Assembly (NCBI GenBank): GCA_048213135.1
Contig: PS015020.1
Location: 574,055-638,054 of the forward strand
Length of the DNA: 64,000 bases
Reading direction: 5' to 3'
From: Reclinomonas americana ATCC 50394
Lineage: Eukaryota
Shown here: in pieces, positions 1 to 12,790 of the stretch
How positions within the stretch are numbered: position 1 is the stretch's first letter
How the letters are laid out: each line of letters opens with the position of its first letter
Notes under the pieces: generated by a model
Database searches by the model: none
Seen by the model: only the letters and a program-made list of their open reading frames with translations
What the model was told of the DNA's origin: nothing
Position numbers and translations under genes: made by a program

Positions 1-50
1 TTCCTTCTTCGTTTCGTTTGGTTGGTTGGTAGTAGTAGTAGTAGTAGTAC

Positions 51-88
<38 letters not shown>

Positions 89-97
89 TCTTCTTCG

Positions 98-132
<35 letters not shown>

Positions 133-370
133 CTTCTTCTTCTTCTCTTCTTCTTCTTCTTCTTCTCCTCCTCCTCCTCCTCTTCCTCCTCCTGCACCTC
201 CTCCTCCTCATCCTCCTCCTCCTCCCTCCTCTTCTCCTCCTACGCCTCCTCCTCCTCTTCCTCATCCTCCTCCTCCTGCACCTCATCCTCCGCCTCTTCC
301 TCCTTCTCCTCCTCATCCTTCCCCTTCCCCTTCCCCTTCCCCTTCCCTTCCCCTTCCCCTTCCCCTTCGC
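1..370. repeat. Low-complexity microsatellite tract (CT, GTT, CTT, CCT, CCCCTT), probably intronic
   Basis: Read directly; ends at a CAG acceptor near 371. Confidence 0.85.
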
Positions 371-371
371 A

Positions 372-2008
372 GAGCGCATCGTTGAGGAACGAGTAATCGA
401 CTTGGGCCGCAGTCACGAGTTGCGCTCTTATCCGTTCCCTTCGCCCTTCCTCCCCCCCTCCCTCTGCCTTACTTGCAAGCAGACCCTTCGAGTACTCGCT
501 GGCCGATCTGAGGCTCATGGCACCACCGACGCGACTCTTCAAGGTTCTGGAGGAGTTTGAGCAGTGGTCGCGAAGCGACTTTGAAGGCTTTCCTCGTGTT
601 TTCATTGGGGTGCCGACAGAGAGGTGCGCTCCTTTCCCTCTTTTTTTTGCTTTCTCGTGCTGAGAATCCGCCGTGCAGCTCGCCAGTGTCGGGCGTGCAG
701 GAGTTGCGACGAAACACGGACGGCTGTCGCGTGTGGCAGTGTCACTTGGTGGATCTGCCGCCTGACACGGACGCGTCGCAGTTGGATGCGGTGCTGTACG
801 AGGAGGAGCCGCCGCTGCCAACAAAGACGGATACAGGGGAGGAGACAGAGGATGAACAGGAACAGGAACCAATGGCACTGTGGATGTCACTGGCGCCGTC
901 GCTGGGGATCGACGCGCAGCGGGTGGACGCCACCATCAGCTACCACCCCAACTCCACGCTGTGGGCGGTGCGCGGACTCAACCCGTGGCCGCCGCTCGAC
1001 ATGTGGTTCGACGTCAAGTCGCCGCCCACTGCGCTTCCCTTGGCGCCGCACGTTCCGATTCATGTGTGTGCATGGGGCGACGTGTGCCGCGATCAGGGAC
1101 TCTTGCGCGCGTTCCGTGCGCACGCCAGTGTGCGCGAGTGGTGCAGCTCGGTTCCGTCGCTCACCGAACTGCGGAGTCAGTGTGATGCGGTGCTCACGGG
1201 CGATTCGTTGCACGCTCCCGAGTATGTGACGGGCAATCTGCTGCACGCGTTGGCGGTGGGCGTGGTGGCCGTGTACGTCGGTCCGCCCTCCGCTGCGCAG
1301 TACGCGCTGGGTGGCTCCGCGTCGTTCGTCCACGGGAATCAGTTTGCGAGTGCCGCGGAACTCGTAAAGCACGTGCTGCACGTGCTTCGCGGCACCGACG
1401 CCGGCGCACTGCAACTGCGTCGCGATCTGTTTGAGTGGCGGCAGTTCCGCTCCAGCATCGCTCCGGGATTCGGCTGGTTTGCCGAGCACGACGTGCACTC
1501 GACCACCTGCGGACTTTGTCGCATGGTGGGGAAAGAGAAAAGCTCCGTGTCTTTCTCTCTCTCTCTTCTCGCAACGCCACTCACCTCCCTGTCGCGCCCG
1601 CAGGTGGCGGAGCGAAAACGTGCCCGTGTGCTTCTGCGTGCCCTCGGCCTCCATCCGGGTGCGAACGCCGACGACGGGCTGTGGAACGAGGCTGAGCGAC
1701 ACTACAGGAGAAAGCAGGGCGTGCGCACTGCCGCTCCACCGCCGACCTCACGCTGGGTGTCCGAGCAGACCATGGCCAAGCATTTGGAGCAGTGGCTGCG
1801 GATGCCCGACGTGCGCAGTGCGGCGTGGTGGGTCGACCTGGACGCCGCCCGTGTGCTGTGGCGCCTGTGGTATCGAGCGTATGGCGGAGTGTGGGACGCT
1901 CGGAATCGAGAGCACGCGTGGAACGACTGGTGCTACGTGCATCACGACGACAAGCTGCCGCCGTACGAGAGAGACAAGACGAGATGTGGACGACGCGGGG
2001 ACTCATAA
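372..2008 (+). CDS. GT10 alpha-1,3-fucosyltransferase-like protein (5'-partial, spliced)
   Basis: DSLHAPEYVTGNLLHALAVGVVAVYVG resembles the GT10 motif ENSxxxDYxTEKxxxALxxGxVPVxxG, followed by SFVHGNQFASAAELVKHV and LFEWR. GT-AG introns near 624-678 and 1526-1603. The start probably lies before the window. Confidence 0.65.
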
Positions 2009-2185
2009 CACACGCCATTGTCAGTGTATTCTCTCTCTCACGTGGCACACTGGTGCATTGCCACCAGTGGCCTGCCTCCTCTCTCCTAAACAATTAATCC
2101 CATACTACTTTTTCGAAATAAACACAAACACACACAAGCATCCTTTTGCGACATAAAAGAACACTTGCTCCTCTTCTAAAATCCC

Positions 2186-5100
2186 TTAGCGCAGATCCTC
2201 CTCGTCGGTATCTGCCTGCGCGAAAGCTCCCGTCCGTGGACCCATTGCCAGTGTGCGCATCTGTCACGCGCACCATGAGCTTTTCACAACAACAGAGTTT
2301 CCGCCGCTTGTGCGCTCGCGCGACTCACCATCGGCACCGAGCGCGTCCGAATCAGCGACTGCGGTTGCTGAATGAAGCGCTCCAGGCGCTGAATGTCGCG
2401 CCGACGGTAATCCAGCATGTACGCCGCGTCGCGCTCTGCCGACCTCGATCGCGATTGCGTTCGTTCCTCTCTCGCCACCTGCTCCGCTGGTCGCTGCTCG
2501 GCACGTGATGCTCGCTCCTGTTGCGACGGCTGCTGACGGCGTTGTGGCCGCACAGCACCGGCGCTGACAGGTCGTGACATCAGCTCGTCGTACGTTGATG
2601 CTTGCCGAAGCGACGCCGATCCGCCGCGGTGGAAGCCCGCCGAGCTGGCCGGGCGACGCATCAGAGCCGCATGATCGACCAGCGACCGCGAATGCCTGTC
2701 GCCCCCAACGCTGGCGGCTGCCGATGGTGTCGGCGACGGTGCCGCGCGCAGTTGCTGCAAGAGCATGAGGTCGGCAGTGTCCACACGTCTCCGCTCAACC
2801 TCCTCGATCTGACGCCAGAACTGTGCAACACGTTCATGAAGTGTGAGTGGAGTTCGGTGCATCATGCTCAAAAAAGCTGACAACCACTGACCGCATCGCG
2901 TGCACGTTGGTGTGCCGGTGCTGGAGCTCGCGGGTGCCGCCGTCGGCGGTACCGCGGTCCCTTTTGTGAATCATCACTCGACGACGACGACGAGTACGAC
3001 ATGTCGACGAGCTCGTCACGTTGCGCGTACGGCGACACCTTGCGCGAGTTGAGGAAGCGACTGGAGGCCGAGCCAGGCACGTGCGGAGGCTGGACCTCGC
3101 GCAACTGTGAGCAACATGCACGCACGTTAGTGGTGTACGACCGAGCCATGAGCTTTCCAATCGTCACACTCACCAAATCCTGCACCGACGACGCGCGCGG
3201 CGCAGCAGCCGTGGCCGAGGCGGAGAATGGCCGCTCCAATTCCAGCTTGGTGCTGGGCAGTGGCGGTGGCATCCACCGCGGCAGCATGTCACGTCGCACG
3301 GCAGTCGACGGGCGTCGCAACGACGACAGCGACGCAGTGGATGACGCCGACGTTGAGCGCTCGCGCTTCGACGGCCTCGCTCCAGTGGCGGCGGCTGACG
3401 ACGGCCGTCCGAGTCGCTTGCCATGGGCATCAGCTGCGCCATTCGGTGCACCTCCGAGCAGCGTCCACAAGTCCGGCAGTGTGCGAGCACGCTGCTGTTC
3501 AGCAAGCGCCGCCGCCTTTTCCGCCGCCAGCAGCTCGGCGATAATCGACACATCGTCGTCGTCGCGACGCGCACGAGGTGGACTCTCCGTCATCCACCGA
3601 TCAATGGCGTTGTTGCGCTGCTCCAACGACAAGTCGAACTCGCCGACATTGGTCTTCGGCGGTGACTCGCTCGAGTTGTCGCCGCTGGCAGGCGGTGCAG
3701 AAGCTGCGGCCGCCAGCGCATCGCCCAGTACATTCCCACTGCCGCGACTGCGGAAGCGTCGGAGGAGGCTGGCGTTGAGGTGAACCTCACTGTGTTGTCG
3801 CTGCGCACTCGGCGGTGTCGGGACCATGGCAGCACCCGGACTTGCCGCCGGCGTCAGCACCTTGCTGGCGTCGGGACTGCGTGGCGAGAAACCGCGCATG
3901 TGACTGCCTGTACTGACAGCATCCCAGTCGTCGACATCGGCATCCACCAAGAGTGGCGACCGACTGCGCTCGGACAGCAACGAGCGCGGCGAGTCGGGCG
4001 GCAGCAGCGAATCCGGCGAGCGACACGAACCATTGCTTGGTGAACACGGCAGCAGGAGCAAGGGTGGTGGCACCACCGTGCAGTCATCGTCGCCACCGTC
4101 GACTGACTCGGCGATGGACGCCGCAGACGATGGCGACACTAGCGAAGAGGAGGCCGACGAGGAAGACGAGGAGGAAGATGACACGGACCACGTGTCAAAG
4201 TCGACGGTGGTGATGCCGTCCAGTCGAGCGCCTGCCGTGAGTGCCGACATGTCCGACACCTCACCGAATGTGTGGTTGAACCACGTGTGGAACACATCTT
4301 CGGGCGTACCCTCTCCAACCGCCGTCTCAATCTCCTCTGCAAAGCAGGCGGCACAAATAGTGAGCAGTGCGGAGAAAGATAGCGGGGGGAGCTACTATGC
4401 GTCGCACCATAGATGGGTGACAAGAGCGCCTGTCCGTCGCCCTCCATCGCCAGAGGGTCATCGTAGTCGACGGCCGGAGAGAATCCTATCCATTGCAGGT
4501 GAGCGTTTTTTGCCAGCCACGAAAAAAAGAGCAAGAGACAAGTTCACTGACCGTCGGCCGACGGCGTGGCCAAGAATGGCGTAATGTCGGGCGTCATGGT
4601 CGGGGCCACGGGCGAAACGGCCGACAGTGTGTCTGCAGAAAAGGACTCCGGTGAGTTACACCAACTGTCGCAGGTGCGCGCGCGGCCGCCGCTCACCTTC
4701 CGACAAGTCAAAGTGTGTGGCCTCCGAGTCCGCCGTCAAATTGTCGTCCGCGCACCGGAGACCGGGTCCACTAAACTCACCAGTGCTGCGAGTGCCGTTG
4801 GAGTCCAAATCGTACTCGGCAGTCACAATCACTTGCACTGGCTCGCGAGGCGACTCCAGATCCGACGTCGCCGCGCTGCTCGGAGACAAGCGTGGATCGC
4901 ACAGGCAGCCGGCATCGGCGGCAATGAGACCGAGTGGTGAAGCCGCGGGTTGGTCGGCAGTGTCTTTGTGGCCGGCGTCGTCGTCGTCTGCCGTGATGAA
5001 GTCTACACCGTGTGTTGCGGAATCTGTATGTGTACTCACCATGAGATGGGCAATCAATCAACGACGAGTGTTTTTCACAAGAGACTCACCGCCACCATCC

Positions 5101-6616
5101 TGAGTAATCATACCAGCCGTGGGATCGTCGGCAGTCGGATCGCAGACACACGAATCCACCAGGTCCAGATCGACGCAGCTGCATGCAAAATCGGCGACAG
5201 TGAGTTTTCTTGAATGAGGAGGAGTCTGAACGAGGTGAAGGAGATGGACGCACGCTCTCGCCGGCAGTGAAGCCTCCAACTCGGATAGTCGTTGCGGTAA
5301 TGGCGGAGGCGCTTCAGGGACATCCACCTCGCCGCCATCCGTCACCTGCACAGTCCTCATGGGCCGCTGTCGGGGGACAAAGCGCACGAATGGATGAGAA
5401 GGCGATTGAACAAGAACGCACGCAGTGCCTGCGGGGATGCTGCGCAACTGTGACGGCCTCGCCTATTCCCGACCACAGACACCCGTCGTCCACCATCAAC
5501 ACTTTGTCGAGCTTCACCACCGTCCGCGAGATTGGAGGCCGGAGTGAAGGAGGCACTGCATGGTCCACCACAGCCTCTTCTTCTCCATCATCACCACCAC
5601 CACCATCGTCCCACTCGGCATCGTCATCATCGAAACCACCTAATCTTCTCTCTCGGCGATCCACCTCGTCCCTGGATCCCTCATGATCGTCACCCGCCCA
5701 CGACGGGAGATCAGCCGCCGACCAACGCGACGCAGACGACTTGTCATCAGTGTCCCACAACGCACTCTCTGCCACCGACGACTGTCGCGACACGCGCTGC
5801 TTCTTCACGATCACCACCGCCGCCACCTCCTCACCCGGCGACAACGAGTGCTGCGCATCCACCGGCACTGCCAACGGGTGCACTTCCACTGCACCACTCT
5901 GCTGCAGAAGCAGCAGCCTGCGTGGAATGGATGCGCTCACCGCTGTCGACGATGACGACAGCGACTCATCATCGTAATCGTCGTCGTCATCATCGTCATC
6001 TTCCGATAATGAGTCACCCGTCTCGTCGGTTCGCATGACAGCATCGACAGTAACATCAGTGACCTCCTCAGTCTCTTGTTGTTGTTGCTGCTGCTGTTCG
6101 TCATCCGGCAGCACCAATCGCCTCGAGCTTGTTCGAACAGGCAGTGGTGGTGGTGGAGGTGGTGGTGGAGGTGGTGCTACGGGTATGGCAGTCTCCCACG
6201 CCGACAATCGCCGCTGTGGAGATGCCTCACTGGGTCTCCTTGCACCCTGCAGCTGCGTGTGCTGCGGCGACACGGGAGTGAACTGTTGTAATTGCTGCTG
6301 CTGCTCGTGTACGTGAAGGTGCGAATCCGGACCGGACTCCACATCCACCACGGGCACTGTGTCGGCAAGTGGAGGTGAGAAGCGACAGCCACAGGCAAAG
6401 GGGTGGGAGGGTGAACGAGACGAAAAGAGAATGAAGAAAGCATCACTGTGAGTGCGTGCGCTCACCAGAGAGTTGCGCAGTCATCCACTGCTCACGCACG
6501 CGCATCTGTTGCACTCGTGCCTGTCGTCGACGCAAGCACCACACCACGAGAAGCACTGTGGCGATCACGAATACACATCCACCGCCCGCAGCGGCCGCCA
6601 GCACAGCCACAGACAT
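2186..6616 (-). CDS. Multi-exon single-pass membrane protein with long disordered Ser/Pro/acidic cytoplasmic tail, unknown function
   Basis: Begins MSVAVLAAAAGGGCVFVIATVLLVVWCLRRRQ (TM helix followed by basic residues). Long minus-strand ORFs 5314-6465, 2868-4295 and 2284-2883 can be joined by GT-AG introns. Likely last exon ADTDEEDLR*. It could be two genes. Confidence 0.5.
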
Positions 6617-8077
6617 GGTGACAGTGCGTGCGTGCACGCGTGAACGAGAGAAAGGGAGGTGGGAGAGAGGGAGAGAGTGGGTGGGGAAGAAGATGTGCCA
6701 CTCTCTCCGTCGCACGTGTATGTGAGAAGAAAAAATGGTCACGCAGTCGGCGTTGACCGTTTCACGAAATTGACATGTCCGGTTTCATGGCGTGCCATGC
6801 CTGTGTGAACGTGTGTGAATGCAATGTCGATGGTGTGGAGTACACCGACAAGGTCACTCGTGAGGAGTGAGCGAGGGGAGAGAAAGGGAGAGAGACCAGA
6901 TGCGAAAAGAATCATGAACGTTACAAATGCGTACATTGTGTTCGGATTGTCCGTTTCAGTTGCTGCCTCTCGGAGGAGGATGCAGCGGTGTGGGGTGGCG
7001 GGGAAGTACTGTGCGGCGTGACGATTAGGCAGCCGAACGCGGTTTCGCTCTCCGATGCATTCGGAACCAGTGCTTGCCGGTGTGTTGCTTGACTTGGTGT
7101 TCGGATCCGGAAGTTCATGCATGCATTCGAGATTGACAGGTCGACTGCCGTCACCCACAACTCGCTGTGCACTGCAAACGTGAATGACCTCGGCGGCGAC
7201 TCGGTCATGTATGGCTATCCTCATCTCATGTGAGACCTGGGCGAAGAACTACTCATCATGAAGTAGAAACGTCGTTGGTAAAAATTATTTCTCGCCGAAA
7301 GGCGAACCCGAGCGACATTGTGTGGGCAGGTTGAGGCGCTTGCGACTCCCTAAACACACAAAAAACACCCATTTGGATAAAATACGAAATGAAAGAGAAG
7401 CAGAGAAGAAAACATGACGGAGAGTGATCACGACATGGCGAACGACGCTCGCATCCCTGACAGCACACTGCAGTAGTGCGCGTGTTGCACTTGGTCGCAG
7501 TGGCAAGCGATGCTCAATGGTGAGTGAGTGTGGCGCGTGGATCCGGGGACTGTGTGACAAAATATAAATCGCTGTCATGAGTAGCCAGAGTGGTTTCGAA
7601 TACCACGACACTCCCAGCAATGCATGCCGTACCACAGTGCTTCAACACCAGCAAACACGCTCTCTGGGATGTCACTAGTCGACGGGAACCAGGTCAAAGA
7701 GAGAGTGCAGTTCTTGTGTAAACTCTCGTGTGTGAGTCGACTTGCTCTTGCAGCTGCCACTGGTGTGCCGCATCGATATCCACTCACTCCCGCAACGACG
7801 CACCGTGATGGCGCTCCCGAGCTGTGCACGCACCTTGCAGAACACAGGCTTGACACGTCGATCGCACAGTCTGCTTGTCCCACAATGCACACGCAAATCA
7901 AAATAGAGTACCCTCGGCCTGCTCCTCACCCGCTGTGAATCGTGGAACGGCGGTGAGGCAGTTGGAAACCGTGTCTCGAAAGAGATCTGCCGTCAGGCAA
8001 CAAGAGCGACTGTGGTTGGATCCACCACCACACAACAAACCATTAATATTAGCAAATCGAAAAAAAGAAAAAACACA

Positions 8078-9845
8078 TCACAGCGAGTCCTTCACTCGTC
8101 TGTGCAACCGTTCCGTCTCATCGGCCACCAACTCCAATAGCTCCAACACCAGCGGCCGCGGTTGTGGGCAGCAGCCACGACGACACGCCACCAGTATGCA
8201 ACACAGGAAACGACAACGCGAGAACGGAATGCAACAGCAATCGTAATTGTCGCGCGTGCGTCTCCACATGGCGTCCATCGTGTCGAAGGCCTCCGTCACC
8301 TGCTTCACCTCATCCTCCAAATAGTATAACACTGTGTGCACACTCGTGAGCAATACGGCTCTTCTCTCTCTCTCTCTCACTCCCTATCTCTTCATGATCA
8401 CTACACACCTGGCGCAAACACGTGCACATCCCCAGCGCGATCGCCGACTGCCGCCACCATCTGATGCCAGAACGGCGTGCATCGATACCTGCGCTCCGGC
8501 TCACCGCTGGCGGTGATGGACGGCACCGGCTGCGTGATGACCAGCGACGTGGGCTCGCCCTTCATGCCGCCGGCGATGAACCGCCGTTCCATGGGCTTTG
8601 GTGCGTCAGCTGAGCGCACGCTGGCCAGCAACGACGACGCTCCGCCGCGTGAGAGCTCCGCAGGCCACGCATTCTGCTGCGGCTGTGCAGGTGCTGCTGC
8701 TGTCGGCGCAGTCCACACCGCCATGATGCCGTCGGCAGTGACGCTCGCCAACCCGCTGCCGTTTGGAAGCCACTCAACGCACCGCACGGCCGCCTGATAC
8801 CCGTGATCGCACAGTGCCACCAGTCGCCCATCTTGCGGTTTCAGCACGTACACCAGAAACGGCCCGGCGGAATGCGAGCCCGTGCCGACGGCCACTGCCG
8901 TCTGCGACGGCTTCCAGCTCACCCACCGACACGGCTCACCGACCAGCGTCCACACCACGAGAGAGCACGACCATCGCACAGAGATCACACCACTGCCGTC
9001 GTCCACACTGTGCGGCGTCCACACCCGCACCGAGCCGTCACCACTGCCGGAAACCAGCTCCAGATTGGAGGAGAAGCGCACAGCATGCACCCACTCCGAG
9101 TGCCCCAACAGCGTCTCCGAGAGCGACAAGTCCTCCACCACCATGGTACGCGTGCCGCCCGTGCCCACACGCGTCACCAGCAAGCGAAACACATGCACCG
9201 TGTGCGAAGCCGTGCCGACGGCCAGCCACTTGCCATTCGGCGCCACATGCAACGACAGCACATCACGCACGTTCTCCAGTCGCACTGGCGACAGTCCCGG
9301 CACGTTCTCACACTTCCACGCATCGATCACACACAGCGGCTGCGTCAGCGAGTCCACCACCACAAACACCACTTGCGGATGCTGTGGATGCGCACTCATG
9401 GCGGTGACCGCGCACAGCTTCTGATGCCGAGCGTCCACGCCACTCGCAGAGAGTGTGCCCAGTGCATCCGCAGAGACACTGAGGTCCACAAAGGGGCGCA
9501 GAGGGCGCGGAGAAATGACCTTTTCCAGTCGCGCGGGTGGCGGCTGCAGATGCCACACTCGAACGAGACCCCACTCGTGGCCAGTGACCAGGCGCTGCAT
9601 GGACCACAGAGTGGCAGTGGAGGGTGCAGCACCGCGAGGAGAAAGGGGAGACGAGGAGGAAGGAGGAGGAGGAGGAGGAGGGACAGTGCACATGCAGCGA
9701 ACGGGGTCACCGCCACTGTGCAGTGTGTAGCACGCCGTGAGGGCAATGGGCTGTGATCACAAAGAGTGAGTGAGTGAGAGAAGGAATGAGGTGGGAGAAT
9801 GCACAATGAGTGAACCTCGTTGTTGCTGCTGCTGCTGTCTGCCAT
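8078..9845 (-). CDS. WD40-repeat protein with Cys-rich C-terminal segment
   Basis: WD40 repeats such as LLGHSEWVHAVRFSSNLELVSGSGDGSVRVW and VRCVEWLPNGSGLASVTADGIMAVW. Exon 1 is MADSSSSNNE. An intron after ...VHVFAP joins to LYYLEDEV...CCCIPFSRCRFLCC. Extra 3' exons to about 7675 are possible. Confidence 0.8.
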
Positions 9846-9918
9846 GATAGATCGCAGCGGATATCGAGTGACGGACACGATTCGCAGCGAGGACATGAGA
9901 CGCATTTCGTTCATTGTG

Positions 9919-12553
9919 TCAAGTTGGTGGTTTGGGTCTGTGCAGCCTCCGCGCATGCTTTGCTCGCGACACTAATACGTGGCTGTCGGCCACAGTCTCC
10001 AATTCGCCCTCCAACTCGTCGATTACTGCGCCGTCACCGCCCATGTCGCTGTCGTCTTCGTCCTCCTCCTCGCCCTCACCCTCATCCTCCTCCTCTTCGC
10101 CTTCTTCTTCGTCATCAACAAAGTCATCGAGTGGTATGCCGTCGTCGTCTCCCTCTTCGCCATCGTCGCGCTCCATCACCTGGCTGCCGGCCTGACCACT
10201 GGTGCTGCCACCGTCGAGCGGCAGAGCCGCATGCACGGGCGCGGCGCTGAGCCACGACTGCTGCAGCACCACTGGCATGCGGCGAATGTGCTCGTGCAGG
10301 TCGATGCCCTCGCCCTCGTCCGACGACATGTCCGGATCGTACAAATCCGCCCCGTAATCCTCTCCACCGCCACCACCGCCACCACCAACATATCCATAAT
10401 CGGCGTCGTACTCGTCATCGTCGTCGGCGCCGCCACCGATTCTGTAGTCGTCTTCGTCGTCGTCTTCATCTGCGTTCACGGCGTGAGTGTGCTGGCATCG
10501 CCATCACCATCACGACGTTAAGACGCAACTGCGACGAGGGGCTCGCCGGCGGCCACTCGGCTTGCTCCGACCAGCACCCACACCATCATCGTCATCGTCA
10601 TCATCACCAGCTCCGCCGCCGCCACCACCGCCACCACCACCACCCTCGTCGTCATCCTCGCGCTCTTCTGGATAGTCGACCGACTTTTGCGAATCGTCGT
10701 CGTCGTCACCGAGTGCGCGCGCCAACTCGTCCAGGTCGTCCTCGCCTTCCGAGTCTTCCGCCTGCAAGCGAATGCTCGCCCTGCATGCGCGCAAGAGAGA
10801 AAGAGAGAGAGAGATGTGAGGAGAGTGGGTGGGTGAGGGTGACGAGGGGCGTGGAGACGAACCGCCAGCCCGGTGGTGGATCCGGGAAACACACATCGTG
10901 GTCAAACACATAGTAGTCGTACACAACCTGCGGGCTGCCGGAGCCGTCGTCAGTGCGGGGCGTTGTGGTGGCGGCGCCGCTGGCGGAGCCAGAGGCTGAT
11001 CGGTACAGTGCGGCTGGTGGACCCTCGCCTGAATGGAATATCAGTGAGTGATGAGGAAAGGGGAGCGTCAAAGGAGAGTTCCGAGGTGGACGGAACCACA
11101 CGTGATATCATGGACAGTGATTATGAAAAAGGTACCGGGAGGGCAATAGAAAGCAACTATGTGTCCCGACGTACATGGGAAACACACGCGACAGTAGATG
11201 AATCCTGTGAGGGTGCAGAGACTGCGTCTTCATGTGCATTGCATTCTCCCACTCAGTATCCTTTCTCCTTGCACCCCCCTTTTCTATCGTCCTCCCCCAC
11301 CCACCAGTGTGTTCACGAATGAGATCGGCGTAGTTGAGGAGCAGTCGCCGCACATCCTCCGCCTGCTCCTCGGCACTGCGAGGAGGCAGGTCGAATGACT
11401 TGCGCCCCGATTCGTCCTCGCCTGCCGGCCTGACCGACGCCGACGATGAAGACGATGACTCACTCGGTTCGCTCCTCGACTCGGCCACCACATCCACCAA
11501 ATGGAAGAACTCGGGAAGCGTGTCGTTGAGACCCCTGCGCAGTGTGTGCATGCGTCAGAACTCGCGCATGAAACGCACACGACGAGCACAACAGAACGCA
11601 ACTCGGGTCGCTCCACTGCCCGTCGCTTCGTCTCAATCACGCGCAGTCGCCGCTCAGCTTGCGTCGCCGCGTTCTTCTCCTTGGATCGCTGCGCCACGGC
11701 ATCCAGAGTGCGCACCTGCAACGGATTCGCCAAGCGCTGCCGCCGCCTTGCATGCGCATCACGTGTGCTGGCAAACGCATCCTCTGCGACATGAACAGTG
11801 AGCTTCTTCACGAAACTCTCCTCCGGCTCGCCCGCCACTCGCCTGCCTCCGCCAGACTGGTCACGCGACGAAACACCTTGGTGCGAATGGCCGGCGACTC
11901 CGCCTGCTGCGCACTCGACGATCCAGCACTCACAGGCGCGGCAAACACAGGCGGTGCGACCACGCGCTTTCGATGCCGCGATCCCAGCTTCTCATCCTCG
12001 TCTTCTTCTTCTTCTTCTTCTTCCTCTTCCTCATCTTCTTGTGCCTCTCGACGTTCCCCTCGCACAGACGCAGCAGCAGCAGCCAGAGCAGCAGCAACCG
12101 CAGCAGCTGATGCTCCACCTCGCACAGCAGGCTGACTCCCACTCGCCCCTCCCTCATCCTCATCTTCTTCTTCTTCTTCTTCCTCATCATCACTCTCTCG
12201 CATTCGCTGTGCACGAGCAATCACAGAGGTTCCCAGTGCATCGGGTCCACCTATGGGATCGTGTGTGAGCGAGGTTCGAGTTGAACATCAAAGTGCGTCC
12301 GCGCACTCAACTGCGTCCCATGGTCAACAGCGTGGCCGCAAGCTCGTCCACACCGTCGACTCTGCGACGTTTCCACACGACTTCCTCGACGACTGCGTGT
12401 GTGTGTGTTGGGTGAGTGAGTGTGTGAGTGGCGGGAAGACAAGTGTGACATGTCGCAACAGAGTTCATCGAGTGGTTCTTCGGTGATGCGACGCTTGATG
12501 CGGATGACTGTGCTGCGTGGTCGCTGAGCGGGTGGTGCCCGCGGGCGGTGCAT
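9919..12553 (-). CDS. IWR1: IWR1/SLC7A6OS/RDM4-like RNA polymerase II nuclear import factor
   Basis: N-terminal VIRIKRRITEEPLDELF, the VVYDYY motif and acidic DDDDSQKSVDYPEE, all typical of Iwr1. Multi-exon with a long acidic tail. Confidence 0.7.
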
Positions 12554-12790
12554 TTGTCGTTCGATTGCGAACACGCGGCAGGGGATCACGGACAACAGGA
12601 CATGTGGCCTTCAAGCAAGAGTGCGTGGTCCGAGTGCGTCTGTCAACATCTGAGCATTCGAATTCGCGCTGCAGACTGAAACAGCGTGCACGATCGCGAA
12701 GCCCTTCCCTTGACCCTTGGACACTTCGAATTCACCCCTCAACCCTTTATACACTAATTCGCCTTGCATCCAAAACATCTACTAGGCTGG

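Noticed and set aside
6739-7940. Several 100-160 aa ORFs between the membrane-protein and WD40 genes
   Set aside because: No recognisable motif or consistent gene model; part may be extra WD40 3' exons.
9396-10926. IWR1-WD40 fusion
   Set aside because: The IWR1 frame stops at 9919, and the WD40 gene has its own ATG exon at 9845.
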